Origin: Selaginella moellendorffii
Taxonomy: Eukaryota > Plantae > Lycopodiophyta
Assembly: GCF_000143415.4 (NCBI RefSeq)
Contig: NW_003314273.1
Span: forward strand, 506,074-570,073
Direction: 5' to 3'
DNA: 64,000 nucleotides
The first letter of the stretch is position 1. Every line of letters begins with the position of its first letter. Below, piece by piece: positions 51,247-62,649 of the stretch. The notes beneath the pieces were generated by a model. That model was given only the letters and a program-made list of their open reading frames with translations. It was not told the DNA's origin and did no database searches. The translations under genes and the position numbers were made by a program.

Positions 51247-53324
51247 ATGCCGGAGCTTCCCGAGGTAGAGGCCGCGCGGCGGGCGGTGGAGCTCCACTGC
51301 AAGGGCCTCATTTGCCGCGCCAGCGTCGCCGACGACACGACCGTGATCGAAGGCATGGCGCCGTTTGATATGCAGCGCCGCCTTGTGGCCAAGAGGATCG
51401 TCGCGGCGCATCGCAAAGGCAAGCAGCTGTGGCTGGAGCTGGACGAGCCCCCAAGCATTTGCTTCCAGTTTGGTATGTCGATTTCCTGGGCTACATTTTC
51501 CTTCCTCTTTTTTGTTATGTGTTCTTTGTGAATTTCCTAGGCTACATTGGATTGTTCTTTGCTTCCTTCCTCTTTTTTTGTGATAGCATTTTTTTCTTGT
51601 GAAAGTTTTTGTTCTAGTGTTTGCTCTGTGCAGGCATGGCCGGAGCTGTGTATGTGAAAGGAGTTAAGAGCACGAAGTATGTGAGGTGAGTGGTGTTCGA
51701 GTTGCTTTTTCTCTTTTGCTTGCAGCGCTTACATTTTTTGTTTTGGTGCTTGTAGGTCTGCTGTGAAGGATGAAGATGAGTGGCCCTCCAAATACTCCAA
51801 AGTTCATCTCGTGGTGCGTTTAGCTAGATGAATGTGCAATGTGCGCAACTTATCTTTGTTTCATCAGCTGGACACTGGTGTGGAGATGTCGTTCACGGAC
51901 AAGCGCAGGTTTGCTCGGGTCCGACTTATACAAGATGTACGTAGCTCGTTTTTTTAATTTTATTTTGGTGGTTTCTCTGATGGCTTTTTCCGCCTTGAAG
52001 CCACGCTTGTCTCCGCCAATATCTGAGCTGGGACCGGATGCTTACACAGAGCTTCCGGATGAAACTACTTTCGCCGACTCTGTTGCGAAAAAGAAGACGG
52101 CTATCAAGGCTGTTCTACTTGACCAGGTGTGGCGATTTCCTCGTTTTGTTTTGTCTGACTGTTATCTTTGCTCCAAGCAGAGCTTTATCGCGGGGATTGG
52201 CAACTGGATTGCTGATGAAGTACTCTATCAGGTAGGCAAAAACTTTGTGTGCCGTTTCTGGTCTTACAGTTGTTATGGCAGTCTAGAATACATCCTGAGC
52301 AACCAGCGTCCACCTTAACAGCTATAGATTGCGAGCGACTTCGTGGGGCTATCAAAGAGGTTAGACCACAATCCCAGTTTTTTAATCTTTGTTTTTGCTT
52401 ACTGGTCTTTAATTCCAAAGACTTAGAAAACTTAGAATTCAAGTGCATATACATGTAGGTTGTGATGACTGCGGTTGACGTTGATGCTGATCTTGAACGC
52501 TTTCCTAGAGATTGGCTTTTTCATCACCGCTGGGGTAAAAAGCCTGGCAGTGTAAATGGTGAGTTTCCTAAGAGTTTTAATATTGCGCATATGGCAGGTT
52601 CTTGAAACGGCCATCTCTGTGGAAGGCGATTCGTCCCATTATCCAGACGACTGGATTTATCAACACCGCGAGAAGAAATCTGGTGCTACTGTGAATGGTC
52701 TGCATTCTCATGCGTGCATATCGTTGGTGTTTTTTCTTTTCTTTTTACTTTTTCGTTTATCCACTTTGTTTTTAATCTCGGTTGGCACTTTTCCAGGGAA
52801 AAAGATCGAGTTCATCACTGTTGGCGGAAGGGTATGTGAACTTTATGTCGTGAGGCTCTTGGTCACAGTGTGTTTTTGGCTGTCAGACGTCTGCTTATGT
52901 GCCGGAGCTGCAGAAGTACGATGGGGTTCCAAAGAAGAAGACGCCATCGAGGAAGAAATCTATCAAGGGGAAAGTGGACGACGAGAATGAAGTGGAAGAA
53001 GAGGAGGAAGCCGCGCCAAAGAAGAAGGCTGTCTCCCGGAAGAAAAAACCCGTGGACGACGACGGGGAATCTGATGGTGATGACAAACCAAAGAGGAAAG
53101 GGGGTGCAGTGAAGGCAAAAAGCGATGACGTTGAGCAAGAAGCACCAAAGAAAAGGGGAAGGCCTGCAAGGAATCAAGCAAAGGTAGGCACTGTTCTTCC
53201 GGGTAGCGATGAGGAGCAGGATGAGAAAGTCAGTTCGGGAAGAGTTAAAAGAGGCCGGGGGGGCTCCAAGTCGCAAAGTGGGAAGAAAAAAGCGAAAGTG
53301 AGCTCCTCTAAGCAGTCATCGTGA
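51247..53324 (+). CDS. FPG1: Formamidopyrimidine-DNA glycosylase (plant MutM homologue), multi-exon, with alternative exons 52459-52558 and 52598-52697
   Basis: N-terminal MPELPEVE, RKGKQLW, FGMAG, H2TH [31 protein letters not shown], zincless finger GGRTSAYVPELQK, K/E-rich tail. Confidence 0.96.
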
Positions 53325-53922
53325 AAGCGCGTTGATGGGCTTTCCAAAGGTGGTGAGGTTTGATTTCTTCGGTCTTTCTTTTCTAGCTGTGGTTCGAGAG
53401 TAATAGTCTACTAGAGCTGTGAAGTTCTCTCTCGGTTTTTTCGACGTTCTTACTGTTCGTCTTTGTGCAGGATGAGGCTAAGCTGGACGACGAGGACTTA
53501 AGTTATGGCCTCGGAGCAAAATGCGTTGGTGGTGGAAGTGGATTAAATCCGAGCACAGTGGCAGCAGCAGTAAGATCGCAGTGGTCATCGTTTCTCGGTA
53601 AGTTTCCGAGATTCAGAGAGGCTTGCCCCTCTTTGAATTCGTATCCTTATAGTCAGCAGCAGCAGCACCAGTGCTTTACGATCGGGATTTCTAGCTGTAG
53701 TAGCAACAGGTTAAGTGCGTTGACTCCAATCGTCTCTCGGGCTCCTTTGAGAGAAGAAGGGCGACTCGGGATTAAATTCCTGTCCTACGTTCTCCGAAAA
53801 TCCGCCTACTTATAAGCAAATACAAGTTTTTTTCTAAGTTCTCGTAGTCTCCACCGTTGGATAATTTGGTGTGAAATCCTGTCCGTTGAGATAAAACACC
53901 ATCCCAATCGTTCATTTGCTAG

Positions 53923-54465
<543 letters not shown>

Positions 54466-54858
54466 GTAGAAATCTCTCTCGCTGTGTTTTGTTTCAATCC
54501 GGAAGGAAAAATTTCAAGAGCCCTCTTTTAACTTGAAGTAGCTTGTCTCCCAGGAATCTATTTGATAGAAGATCGCAGTGATCATCACTTCTAGAGGAGG
54601 CTTGCTCCTCTTTGAATTTATCCAGCCAAAATCGAAGTGATCATCGCTTCCAGGAATTGCTCCAGCGTAACTCGCGAGAGAATTGATCCAGCGATGAATC
54701 GCGAGAGAAGCTCGAGTTTCTCCAGAGATCCGTAGAACGTTTTTCCAAGTTCTCGTTATTCTTCCCATACTTTGTTCTCCAAATCATTTTCTTTCGACCA
54801 CCGTCCGACTGTGTAATGAATTTTACTGCGAACGATTCAGACACCTTAGATTTTCCTG

Positions 54859-54915
54859 GGCCGTTGGATGGGCGGGATCCAACGGCCGCGCGGGACCCAA
54901 CCGAGGCCGTTGGAT
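54859..54915. promoter_or_regulatory. Three MSA-like (TCCAACGGCC) elements upstream of ARID-HMG
   Basis: ggccgttggat 54859-54869, atccaacggcc 54877-54887, ggccgttggat 54905-54915. Confidence 0.55.
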
Positions 54916-54958
54916 GTGGGCAAAGACAGAAAAGAGCGCTTGTTCGTAATCCAAAGCT

Positions 54959-57131
54959 ATGGCGGGGGAGTCGAATCCAAGGCCACCGGCGAGGCCGCCA
55001 GCGCCCCCGTTGCTCTTCCAATTCCCGACGCTCAGCCCGCAGCCCATCTGGTCGATTCACGCCCAGGGGCAACAGCAGCAGCGGCAGCAAATGGCCGCTC
55101 CACCGATGATGCTGCCGCATCCACAATCGCTGGAGTTCCAGCAAATGCCGCAGCAGCGCTTCATCGCGATCCCACCGCAGCAGCAGCAGCAGCAGCGGTA
55201 TCATCTCCAGCAGCAGCAGCAGCAAGGTGGGTTTCGTGGAAACCTAAATTTTCAGAGACCATCTCCAGCCCCCGACTTGAACAGCCCGGCCTCGCCGGCC
55301 CAGCTCGGATTCTATGCCCGACACCACCAAAAATCGCAGCACATGGTCTTCCTCGAGCGCGCCGGAGCTCTCGTGGATCAAACGACGTTCTTGAAAGAAA
55401 CATCGCCTTTGGCGCCTGTTCTTCCGCCTCCTCCGCCTCCTCCTCCTCGAGCTCAGTGCCAGCAGCTCCAGCAGCCGCTCGATCTTTCCAAGCGCCATTT
55501 CTCCTCCAAGAACGAGGCGAGACAGGCAAAGAAATCAAAGAGAATGGAAATGCCGGCTGTGCAAACTCCGCCGCCGCCGCAAAGATCGAGCCCCTTCGGT
55601 AGAGAGGACCTGGAGCAGCCGGAATCGAGAGTTTATCCGGCTCCACTCGCGGATCATCGAGAAGTTGTCGCGGACGAGAAGCTCTTTCTCAGCACGCTCT
55701 CGAAGTTTTACGAAGCCATGGGTGGAACTCCACTCCGGTAAGAGCTTGCGATCATAAAAAAAACATTCTTTTTTCTATTGCTCTCGAGACTTTATTACTT
55801 GGTTTTCCTGGCAGGCTTCCTCGCTTCCATGGCAAAGACTTTGAGATCCATCGGCTGTATTGCGAGGTCTCGGAGCAAGGAGGCATGCTTAAGGTTTTCT
55901 TCTCGCGAGAAAGAGAACAATCCCGAAACTAGCTTCGTGTCTTGCAGGTTATCAGGGAGAAGAAATGGAAAGATATCGCCACAGCATTTGATCTTCCTCG
56001 AAACGTGACGAACCCCGTGTTTTTCCTGCGTAAAAACTACGAGACGTTTCTTCATCACTACGAGCAAGTGTATTTTCACAGAAAAACTGGAGCACACATT
56101 CCACCACCCGGTAAACAAAATTCTTTGTTTTTGTCGCAAAGCTGATCTGATAATTCTCAAACAGGACCTTTGCCAATGCCAGCTCCAGTTTCAGAAAACA
56201 TCAAAGACCATGACTCGAATAACGATAGTAGCAAATTGAATCAAACTCCAGGTGAGTTATTTTCACGAAATAAAATAAATAAATAACTGTGACAATCTGG
56301 TATCTATGTTTTTTTTTTCTTGTAGCAAATCCAGCATCTTCACTCGGCCATACTGTAACCGGAGCCATCGAAGGAAAGTTCGAGCATGGATACTTCGTCA
56401 CAGTCGTGGTTGGATCAGAGAAACTACGAGGTGTGATCTACAGTGTTCCTCAAAGTCTGGCCGAAGCACAGGAGCAATTCGCAGATGTAGAGAGCAACAC
56501 TGCCGAGAATCCGCAGTTGCTGGATCCGCCCGACAAAAAAGCTGGTAACATAAAAGCTCGTCCTCCGAAGAAGGAGAAACGAAAGCGAAGGGTGGAGGGA
56601 ATCAAATCGGTGAGGAATGGATACAACTTCTTCGTCGGGGAGCAAAGACAGAAACTCAAAGGCGGAGGAGGACGAGATGAAATGAGTAAGATCATCGGGG
56701 ATCTCTGGTCCAAACTCTCGGAGGAAGAGAAAGAGGTTCGTCTTCCACTCTTTTACGGTGTTCTTTCGATCTAAGATAGGTTGTTCTTCGTTTTTCAGCC
56801 TTACAGGGAGATGAGCAAGAGGGACAAAGAACGATTCAGCCGAGAAGTGGAAGAAAAGAAGCAGCGAGAACTTCGCGCTTCAGAGGGTCATTTGGATTCG
56901 GGTCTGGAAGACGACGGTGGCGACGACGACGACGAAGACGATGACGAAAAGCAAGCTAGGAGCGAAAATACGGTCGAAAGATACAACGTTCAGCTCAACA
57001 CGAACGAGCAGCAAATCGAGAACTTTGCTCCAAACTATTTGGAGCATCCGATCGATTTCACTCAGCACCAACAAGCCGATTTTACTCCAAACCATTTGCA
57101 CTATCAACAAGCTCGTGTACAGGAGACGTAA
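54959..57131 (+). CDS. ARID-HMG box protein (HMGB9/10/11/15 family) with Q/P-rich N-terminus
   Basis: YPAPLA..EVVAD..LF, ARID (LYCEVSEQGG-VIREKKWK..LRKNY..LHHYEQVYF), VTGAIEGKFEHGYFVTV, HMG box (RNGYNFF..IGDLWSKLSEEEKEPY). Confidence 0.92.
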
Positions 57132-57734
57132 GATTGGATAGAAAACTCACAGGAAACTCTAACTAGTTTTGTTCTACCTTTTTTTGAAGCTTATGTCCGT
57201 CGTGTTTATTTTTCTCTTGTTCCTGTAAGTCAACTTCTTTGTTTCATCCACACGCATTGGCTGCCGTCGATCCATGGGCTTGATCCAAGGGCTGCGAGGG
57301 GTTGGTAATGCTAACGCCGGGCTCGTGGAATGGAGGCTATATAGAAGCTGTGCCCATGCATTGCAGTGCTGGTGGCTTTAGGGATTTATTTTAGGGCATC
57401 GGGTTCGTGGATGGCGCTGGCGCTGGCCATGGCGCCGTGCTGCCGCTGATCGATGCTGCTGCTAGGTCACTCAAAGTTGGCCCATTCTCACGAGATTTCA
57501 GCTGCTGCGTGCCGTCTAAGGTGAGCGATGCGCGGCGCATGTCGATCTTTGGTGCTCATTCTGTGTTTCTCGTACTACGTCAGAAGCGCCAAGGCGACGG
57601 GAAGAAGAAGAAGCTCCGGTGAGGTAAGAATGCCGCTTTCTCTGTCTCTCGAGTATCTTTGCCTGCGCCGACTCTAGATTTGTGAAAGAGAGCGTGAAAT
57701 TTCGGGATCCGGTGTGATGTTCGCAGGTAGAAAG

Positions 57735-59711
57735 ATGCCGTCTGAGGAGCGTGGAAACGGGGGAGAGGCCCCCAACGAAGACCCATCACCGGAATGTAGT
57801 AACGATGCTGCTGCTGCTCCTGCCGTGGATGCTACTACTCCGGCTGATGCTGCTACTGCTGCTGCTACTGCTGCTACTGCTGGTGATGGTCCAGGTAAAA
57901 ACTTTTGCTTGAGGACTTTGGTGCTTAGTTTGGATTCTTTTGCAGTGGCTGCCGACGCTACTCCGGCTCAATCTCCTCCTGTCGATGGCTCCAATGAGTA
58001 AGCTGTTTGGTGCTCTTGATATTTAGTCGCCTTGAGTGGCATATATGGAATTTTTTTTTCCCTCTTTTTCTTAAATGTTCCAGGTACATCACAGTGTACT
58101 TAAGCGAGATTCGAAAGGAGATGCAGTGTCCCATTTGTTTGGGTATTTCACACGGCTACCCGCAGTTTGGCTACAGTAACTTGTGGATTTTTGTTGCAGG
58201 TATCATCCGGAAGACAAGGACGGTTATGGAGTGCTTGCACAGATTTTGTAGAGAGTGTATAGACAAGTCGATGCGTTTGGGGTACGATGAGCGTTTTTCT
58301 TTTTCTTTCATGTTCGTGTCTAATAACTTGGGTGATCTACAGGAACAATGAGTGCCCTGCATGTCGTACCCATTGCGCCAGTAGGAGGTCTTTACGGGAT
58401 GATCCGAATTTTGATTCATTAATTGCGGCGTTGTACCAGGATATCGACAAGTATGAAGAAGAGGTACGAAGCCCAACTTTTATGTTTATGTGCTAAGCTG
58501 TATGTTTTAACAGTATCAACTTTTCATCTAGGAAATGTCTTTGCTCGAAGAAGAGACGTGGAAGAATAAGCAGGTAACCATCTCGGTTGACCCTGCATCG
58601 CTCGCTGGTTGTTAACGTCGAACGGCTTCCAGATCCAGGCTGACATCGCGGAAACCGCCAAACGACAGTCCGAAGCACTCGCCAAACGCAGAACAGCTAA
58701 AGCCACTGCTGCTGCGATTGTCAGAAAGGCCCACGGTAAGTTCAGGCCTGTTTCAGGTCGAAGGGGGCGAGGCGGCTCCAGGCGGAGAAGTTCGAGAAGA
58801 GAACTTTCGCCTTTGGAAGACGAAAGTGACTATTATATGGAGAAAGACGTTCCTGTGGAGCCAAGGAGAACGTCTACTCGCAAGAGACAGAGACCTGTTA
58901 CGTTTGACTCGTCGCTAAGTGTCAGCATTGAGGAAGAAAGTAACGACAGTGACGACGAAGTGGACGATGTCGTAGCTCGCAGAAGGCATGCATCTCCAGC
59001 GACAGGAAATGGAGACGCTATGGTAACCTGGGCAAGAGCTGGCACTCGCAGTCACACACGGTATGGAAGCGTTAGTACTGGCGCTGGAAACAGTGCCAGG
59101 CACCTGCGGTGTATGCGTGCTACAGTTCTACTTGAGTCTCTGGCCGCTGCTACGTACAAAGATATCAATGAGGTTTGTAGATTGACCTTGTTTTCTCGTT
59201 TTGTTTTCTTAGCAAAACTTATAACGAATTTTTATTTTGCAGCTCGATGTCCAGTTCAGTTTAATGCCGATGATGGATGACTCGAATGCCGCAAACAATC
59301 TTCCAAGTCTCGAGAGGCCTCACTTGTGCTGCTCACCAAAACTGTCTATCCAACAAGTTTGTTCGGTATGCTGTTACAAGTTTCCTTGTTTTAGGGAATC
59401 AGTTACTGACTGCTATCACTTGCAGTTTCTTATGAGTCACGACTTGTTCCCAATGGATACGGAACTCGAAATTGTTGCGGAATGTGATTGCAGAGATCCC
59501 CTCGTCCGTGAAAAACTGCAAAACAAGGAGCCCAGTGCCAATAGCGGGAAATTTGTGGAGATTCTCGACATGAATGCTACTCTAGGCGACGTTTATACTG
59601 CTTACTGGAATAGATACAACAACTTGGTAAGTCATTAGCGTCATTCTTCTTTGTGTAGTAACCTATTTCTGTTGCCCGCAGTCCTTGCTGTACCGGAGAA
59701 AGTGTCAATAA
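57735..59711 (+). CDS. RING1: PRC1 E3 ubiquitin ligase RING1 homologue (RING + RAWUL); may extend upstream to 57509
   Basis: IRKEMQCPICLGIIRKTRTVMECLHRFCRECIDKSMRLGNNECPACRTHCASRRSLRDDPNFD; C-terminal LPSLERPHLCC. Confidence 0.95.
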
Positions 59712-59903
59712 CTTGTAACCCGTGACGCGTGAGCAGTGTACCATAGCAAGCACACTTTGTAGTCAGTTAGAGGACATTGAGCTAGTTTTTTGCATGTATA
59801 TTGACGAGGAAACACTTTGCAGACACATTTTCTTCCTCGAGGTATGGATTGTCCACTTTGTTGAGCTTTAAAAGAGTTTTCTCCGCAGGTTTGAAGCTAA
59901 GAT

Positions 59904-61256
59904 ATGGATTTTTCTATCAACAAGGTTCTTCCCCACTCGCCTGCATGGCGGGGGAAAAGCGTGCTGTTTGATAAGAAAGTAGAAGTTACTAGGGACGAGC
60001 CCCTCGACTTTTCAGCAGCGTGGAAGCAGGAGGCTTTCAGAATGCATCTCCGGTGTGGGGGCATTGACCAGGCCGAGAAACTCTTCAGCAAGCTCCACAC
60101 GCAGGATGTTATGCAGTACACCCTGCTCATCTCGGCTCTGGTCAGGGAAGGAAGATTTCACGACGCAGTCGGCTGGTTCCAGAGAATGCTGCTAGAAGGG
60201 AGAAAGCCAGATCGAGTTTGCTTCGTAGCAGTCGTGGGTGCTTACGGTGGGATTGGGAACTTGGACAAGGCAAAGTTTATCCATGGCTACCTCTACAGGT
60301 CTGGCTACGAGGCTGATATCATAGTCGGGACTGCTCTCGTCAACTTGTATGCCAAGTGCGGTAGCATCCGGAACGCTCGGCTCATGTTCGGCAGGATCAC
60401 TTCGAGCTCGCCAGTGCTGTGGAACGCGATGATCACTGCGTATACCCAGAGCGGGTATGTGGAGCTCTACTGCGGCGAGGTTGTCAGCTTGTTTCAGCGG
60501 ATGTGCTTGCAAGGGATCAGAGGGAACCAGGTGACGTTCGTCGCCGTGCTAAACGCCTGCGTTGGCCCGTCCATGGCGGAGGAAGTAGAATGGATACATG
60601 GGCTGGTGACCGAGAGTGGTTTTCAAGGCGAGCTTCTCGTCCAGACCGCGTTGATCAAGGCTTATGGGAGAGCAAAGCTCGCGGGGATTGCTACGAGGAT
60701 CTTCGAGGGGATAGTGGAGCGGGACATCGTTGCCTGGAACACTATGGTGGCGGCTTATGAAGCCGCGGGTCACTTCCGCGAGGCCGTGCACACCTTCTGG
60801 CAAATGCGAGCCGAGAACCGAGTAACTCCAAACAGGATCTCCTTCGCGGCCGTGCTGAGAGCTTGTGCCGGTCTCCAGGACTCGAGGCAGACCGAGAGAG
60901 TTCATGGTCTTGCGATGGAGTTGGGGGTGGCTGGGGACGAAGAGGTGCAAGCGAGCCTCCTGGATGCGTATCTGGCGTGCGGCTCTCCAAGCGGAGCTCT
61001 CGGGATCTTTGGCTCGATGGTATCGCGGCCTCCTCGTTCGTGGAGCTCTGCCTTGCGAGCCGCGGGAGACGTGGTGGTGTTTAGATTGATGATGCTGGAT
61101 CAAGGGGCAGCAGCAGTGGATGGAGTTACGCTGGGTGCTGCGCTTGGATTCTGTGAAACACGGGCTGATGTAGAGCTCGTCCGTGCGTGTGCTAAAGAAG
61201 CCGGGCTGGAATTGGCAGAGGAACTGGCTTGGCAAGATCCTGAAACGTTTGCATGA
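59904..61256 (+). CDS. PLS-type PPR protein, degenerate C-terminus without clear E/DYW domain
   Basis: Intronless 450 aa; TALVNLYAKCGS, WNAMITAY, VTFVAVLNAC motifs. Confidence 0.9.
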   Translation: MDFSINKVLPHSPAWRGKSVLFDKKVEVTRDEPLDFSAAWKQEAFRMHLRCGGIDQAEKLFSKLHTQDVMQYTLLISALVREGRFHDAVGWFQRMLLEGRKPDRVCFVAVVGAYGGIGNLDKAKFIHGYLYRSGYEADIIVGTALVNLYAKCGSIRNARLMFGRITSSSPVLWNAMITAYTQSGYVELYCGEVVSLFQRMCLQGIRGNQVTFVAVLNACVGPSMAEEVEWIHGLVTESGFQGELLVQTALIKAYGRAKLAGIATRIFEGIVERDIVAWNTMVAAYEAAGHFREAVHTFWQMRAENRVTPNRISFAAVLRACAGLQDSRQTERVHGLAMELGVAGDEEVQASLLDAYLACGSPSGALGIFGSMVSRPPRSWSSALRAAGDVVVFRLMMLDQGAAAVDGVTLGAALGFCETRADVELVRACAKEAGLELAEELAWQDPETFA

Positions 61257-61505
61257 AAAGACAGAATTTAAAAAAGCTCTCTTTAGTAAACCTTTCTTTA
61301 TCTTTGTCGTCAATGTCCAAATGCCAGTGAGCTAGCAAGACAAAATGGTTGTCAATTAACGAAATTCTTTTCTTTAAGGAAGAATATTTATTTTAAAATA
61401 TTTTTATACTTGCTTTATTCTGTGCTCTTAAAAAACACTTTCACAACAAACAATGCTGGGGTAAATAAAAGATGGGTTAGATGAAATTGCATCTATAGCT
61501 AAGTC

Positions 61506-61917
61506 ATGTCTACCCAATTAAAATTTTCTATTTTCATCATAGTTTCTTTTATATTGGTGAGCGAATAATTTTTATTATGTTTTTTAACCCATTTCTTCTT
61601 TGTAGTGGATTAATATTTTTGGTTATGGGGATGAATGTAATGGGCAATTTAATCTATCTTGTAGTCTTTTGACATGTATTAACAGGAATTTAACAGCTTC
61701 ATGTTTAACAACTGATATCACCATTAGTGTTCAAACACATATCCAAATAGAAAATTGTGTTCCAGAGGTAACAAATTGTAGTGTGGGTAATGCTGGTGAG
61801 TTTACATGTGTGGATGCCGGAGGTAATGAGATAACTCAAGAAGTATTTTGTGAAATTGTAAATACTAATGGTCAACTCTCTTGTGTACCACATGATCCAG
61901 AGGAGCCATTTACTTGA
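61506..61917 (+). CDS. Small secreted Cys-rich protein, cyanovirin-N homologue (CVNH)-like; exons 61506-61556 and 61606-61917, 120 aa
   Basis: A 49-nt GTGAG..TAG intron joins signal-peptide-like MSTQLKFSIFIIVSFIL in frame to WINIFGYGDECNGQFNLSCS...LTASC...IVNTNGQLSC. Confidence 0.72.
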
Positions 61918-62649
61918 ATAATAAATAAAGTATTAAATTATTCTAAATTTATTATGTATGGTAGTAGATATAATAGTTTTTATTGTAGTATATTTTTAAA
62001 TTTCATCAAGGTTTTAATTTAATCAAAATAATTATTTCATTAAAATGATATTAAAGTTAAACTGATTAGCTTATTACTAATATTAAACTACTGATAATGT
62101 TATTATTAACCACTCAACATCTCCCTAGTGAGTGTTCTTCACTGTTTGACAAAGATCTCTTTGATCTAATTAGATCTAGGATAAATCAATTGAGCTGGTG
62201 GGATTGAGCAACAGTTTCTTCTCAATCAGATTCAAAGAGCCATTGTAAGTGTTGGAAGCATTCGTTACCGAGATTTGAAATTATATTATGCTCTAAATTG
62301 AGTTCTAGTTAAATTCATATAATATTTGATTAAATGCAAAAATATAAAGAGAATACGGTTAAGGTACCACATGCTAAACCATATGTTACTCAGAAGAATG
62401 AAAGATATAGAACTTTTGCCAATGTTTCTTCATGCTCTGGACTTAATATGGCTCTAAGCCCAGCTCTAGTGTTTGGAATAATAGTGACTTCTTTCTTGAT
62501 TCCTTAACATGCACAGGCAGAAGAGATAAAACTTGGAGAATATCCAGGCATATTCCTGGATATCAATATTCTTTTATCATAGAAGAAACAGATCACCTTG
62601 GGCTTGTATACCACCTTCGTACCAACTTCTACTCATAGCTGGAGGGCCA

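Noticed and set aside
60549-61313. Long antisense or alternative-frame ORFs over the PPR and ARID-HMG genes (also 47141-47779, 54641-55225, 54868-55602)
   Set aside because: Expected by-products of GC-rich coding sequence, with no motifs.
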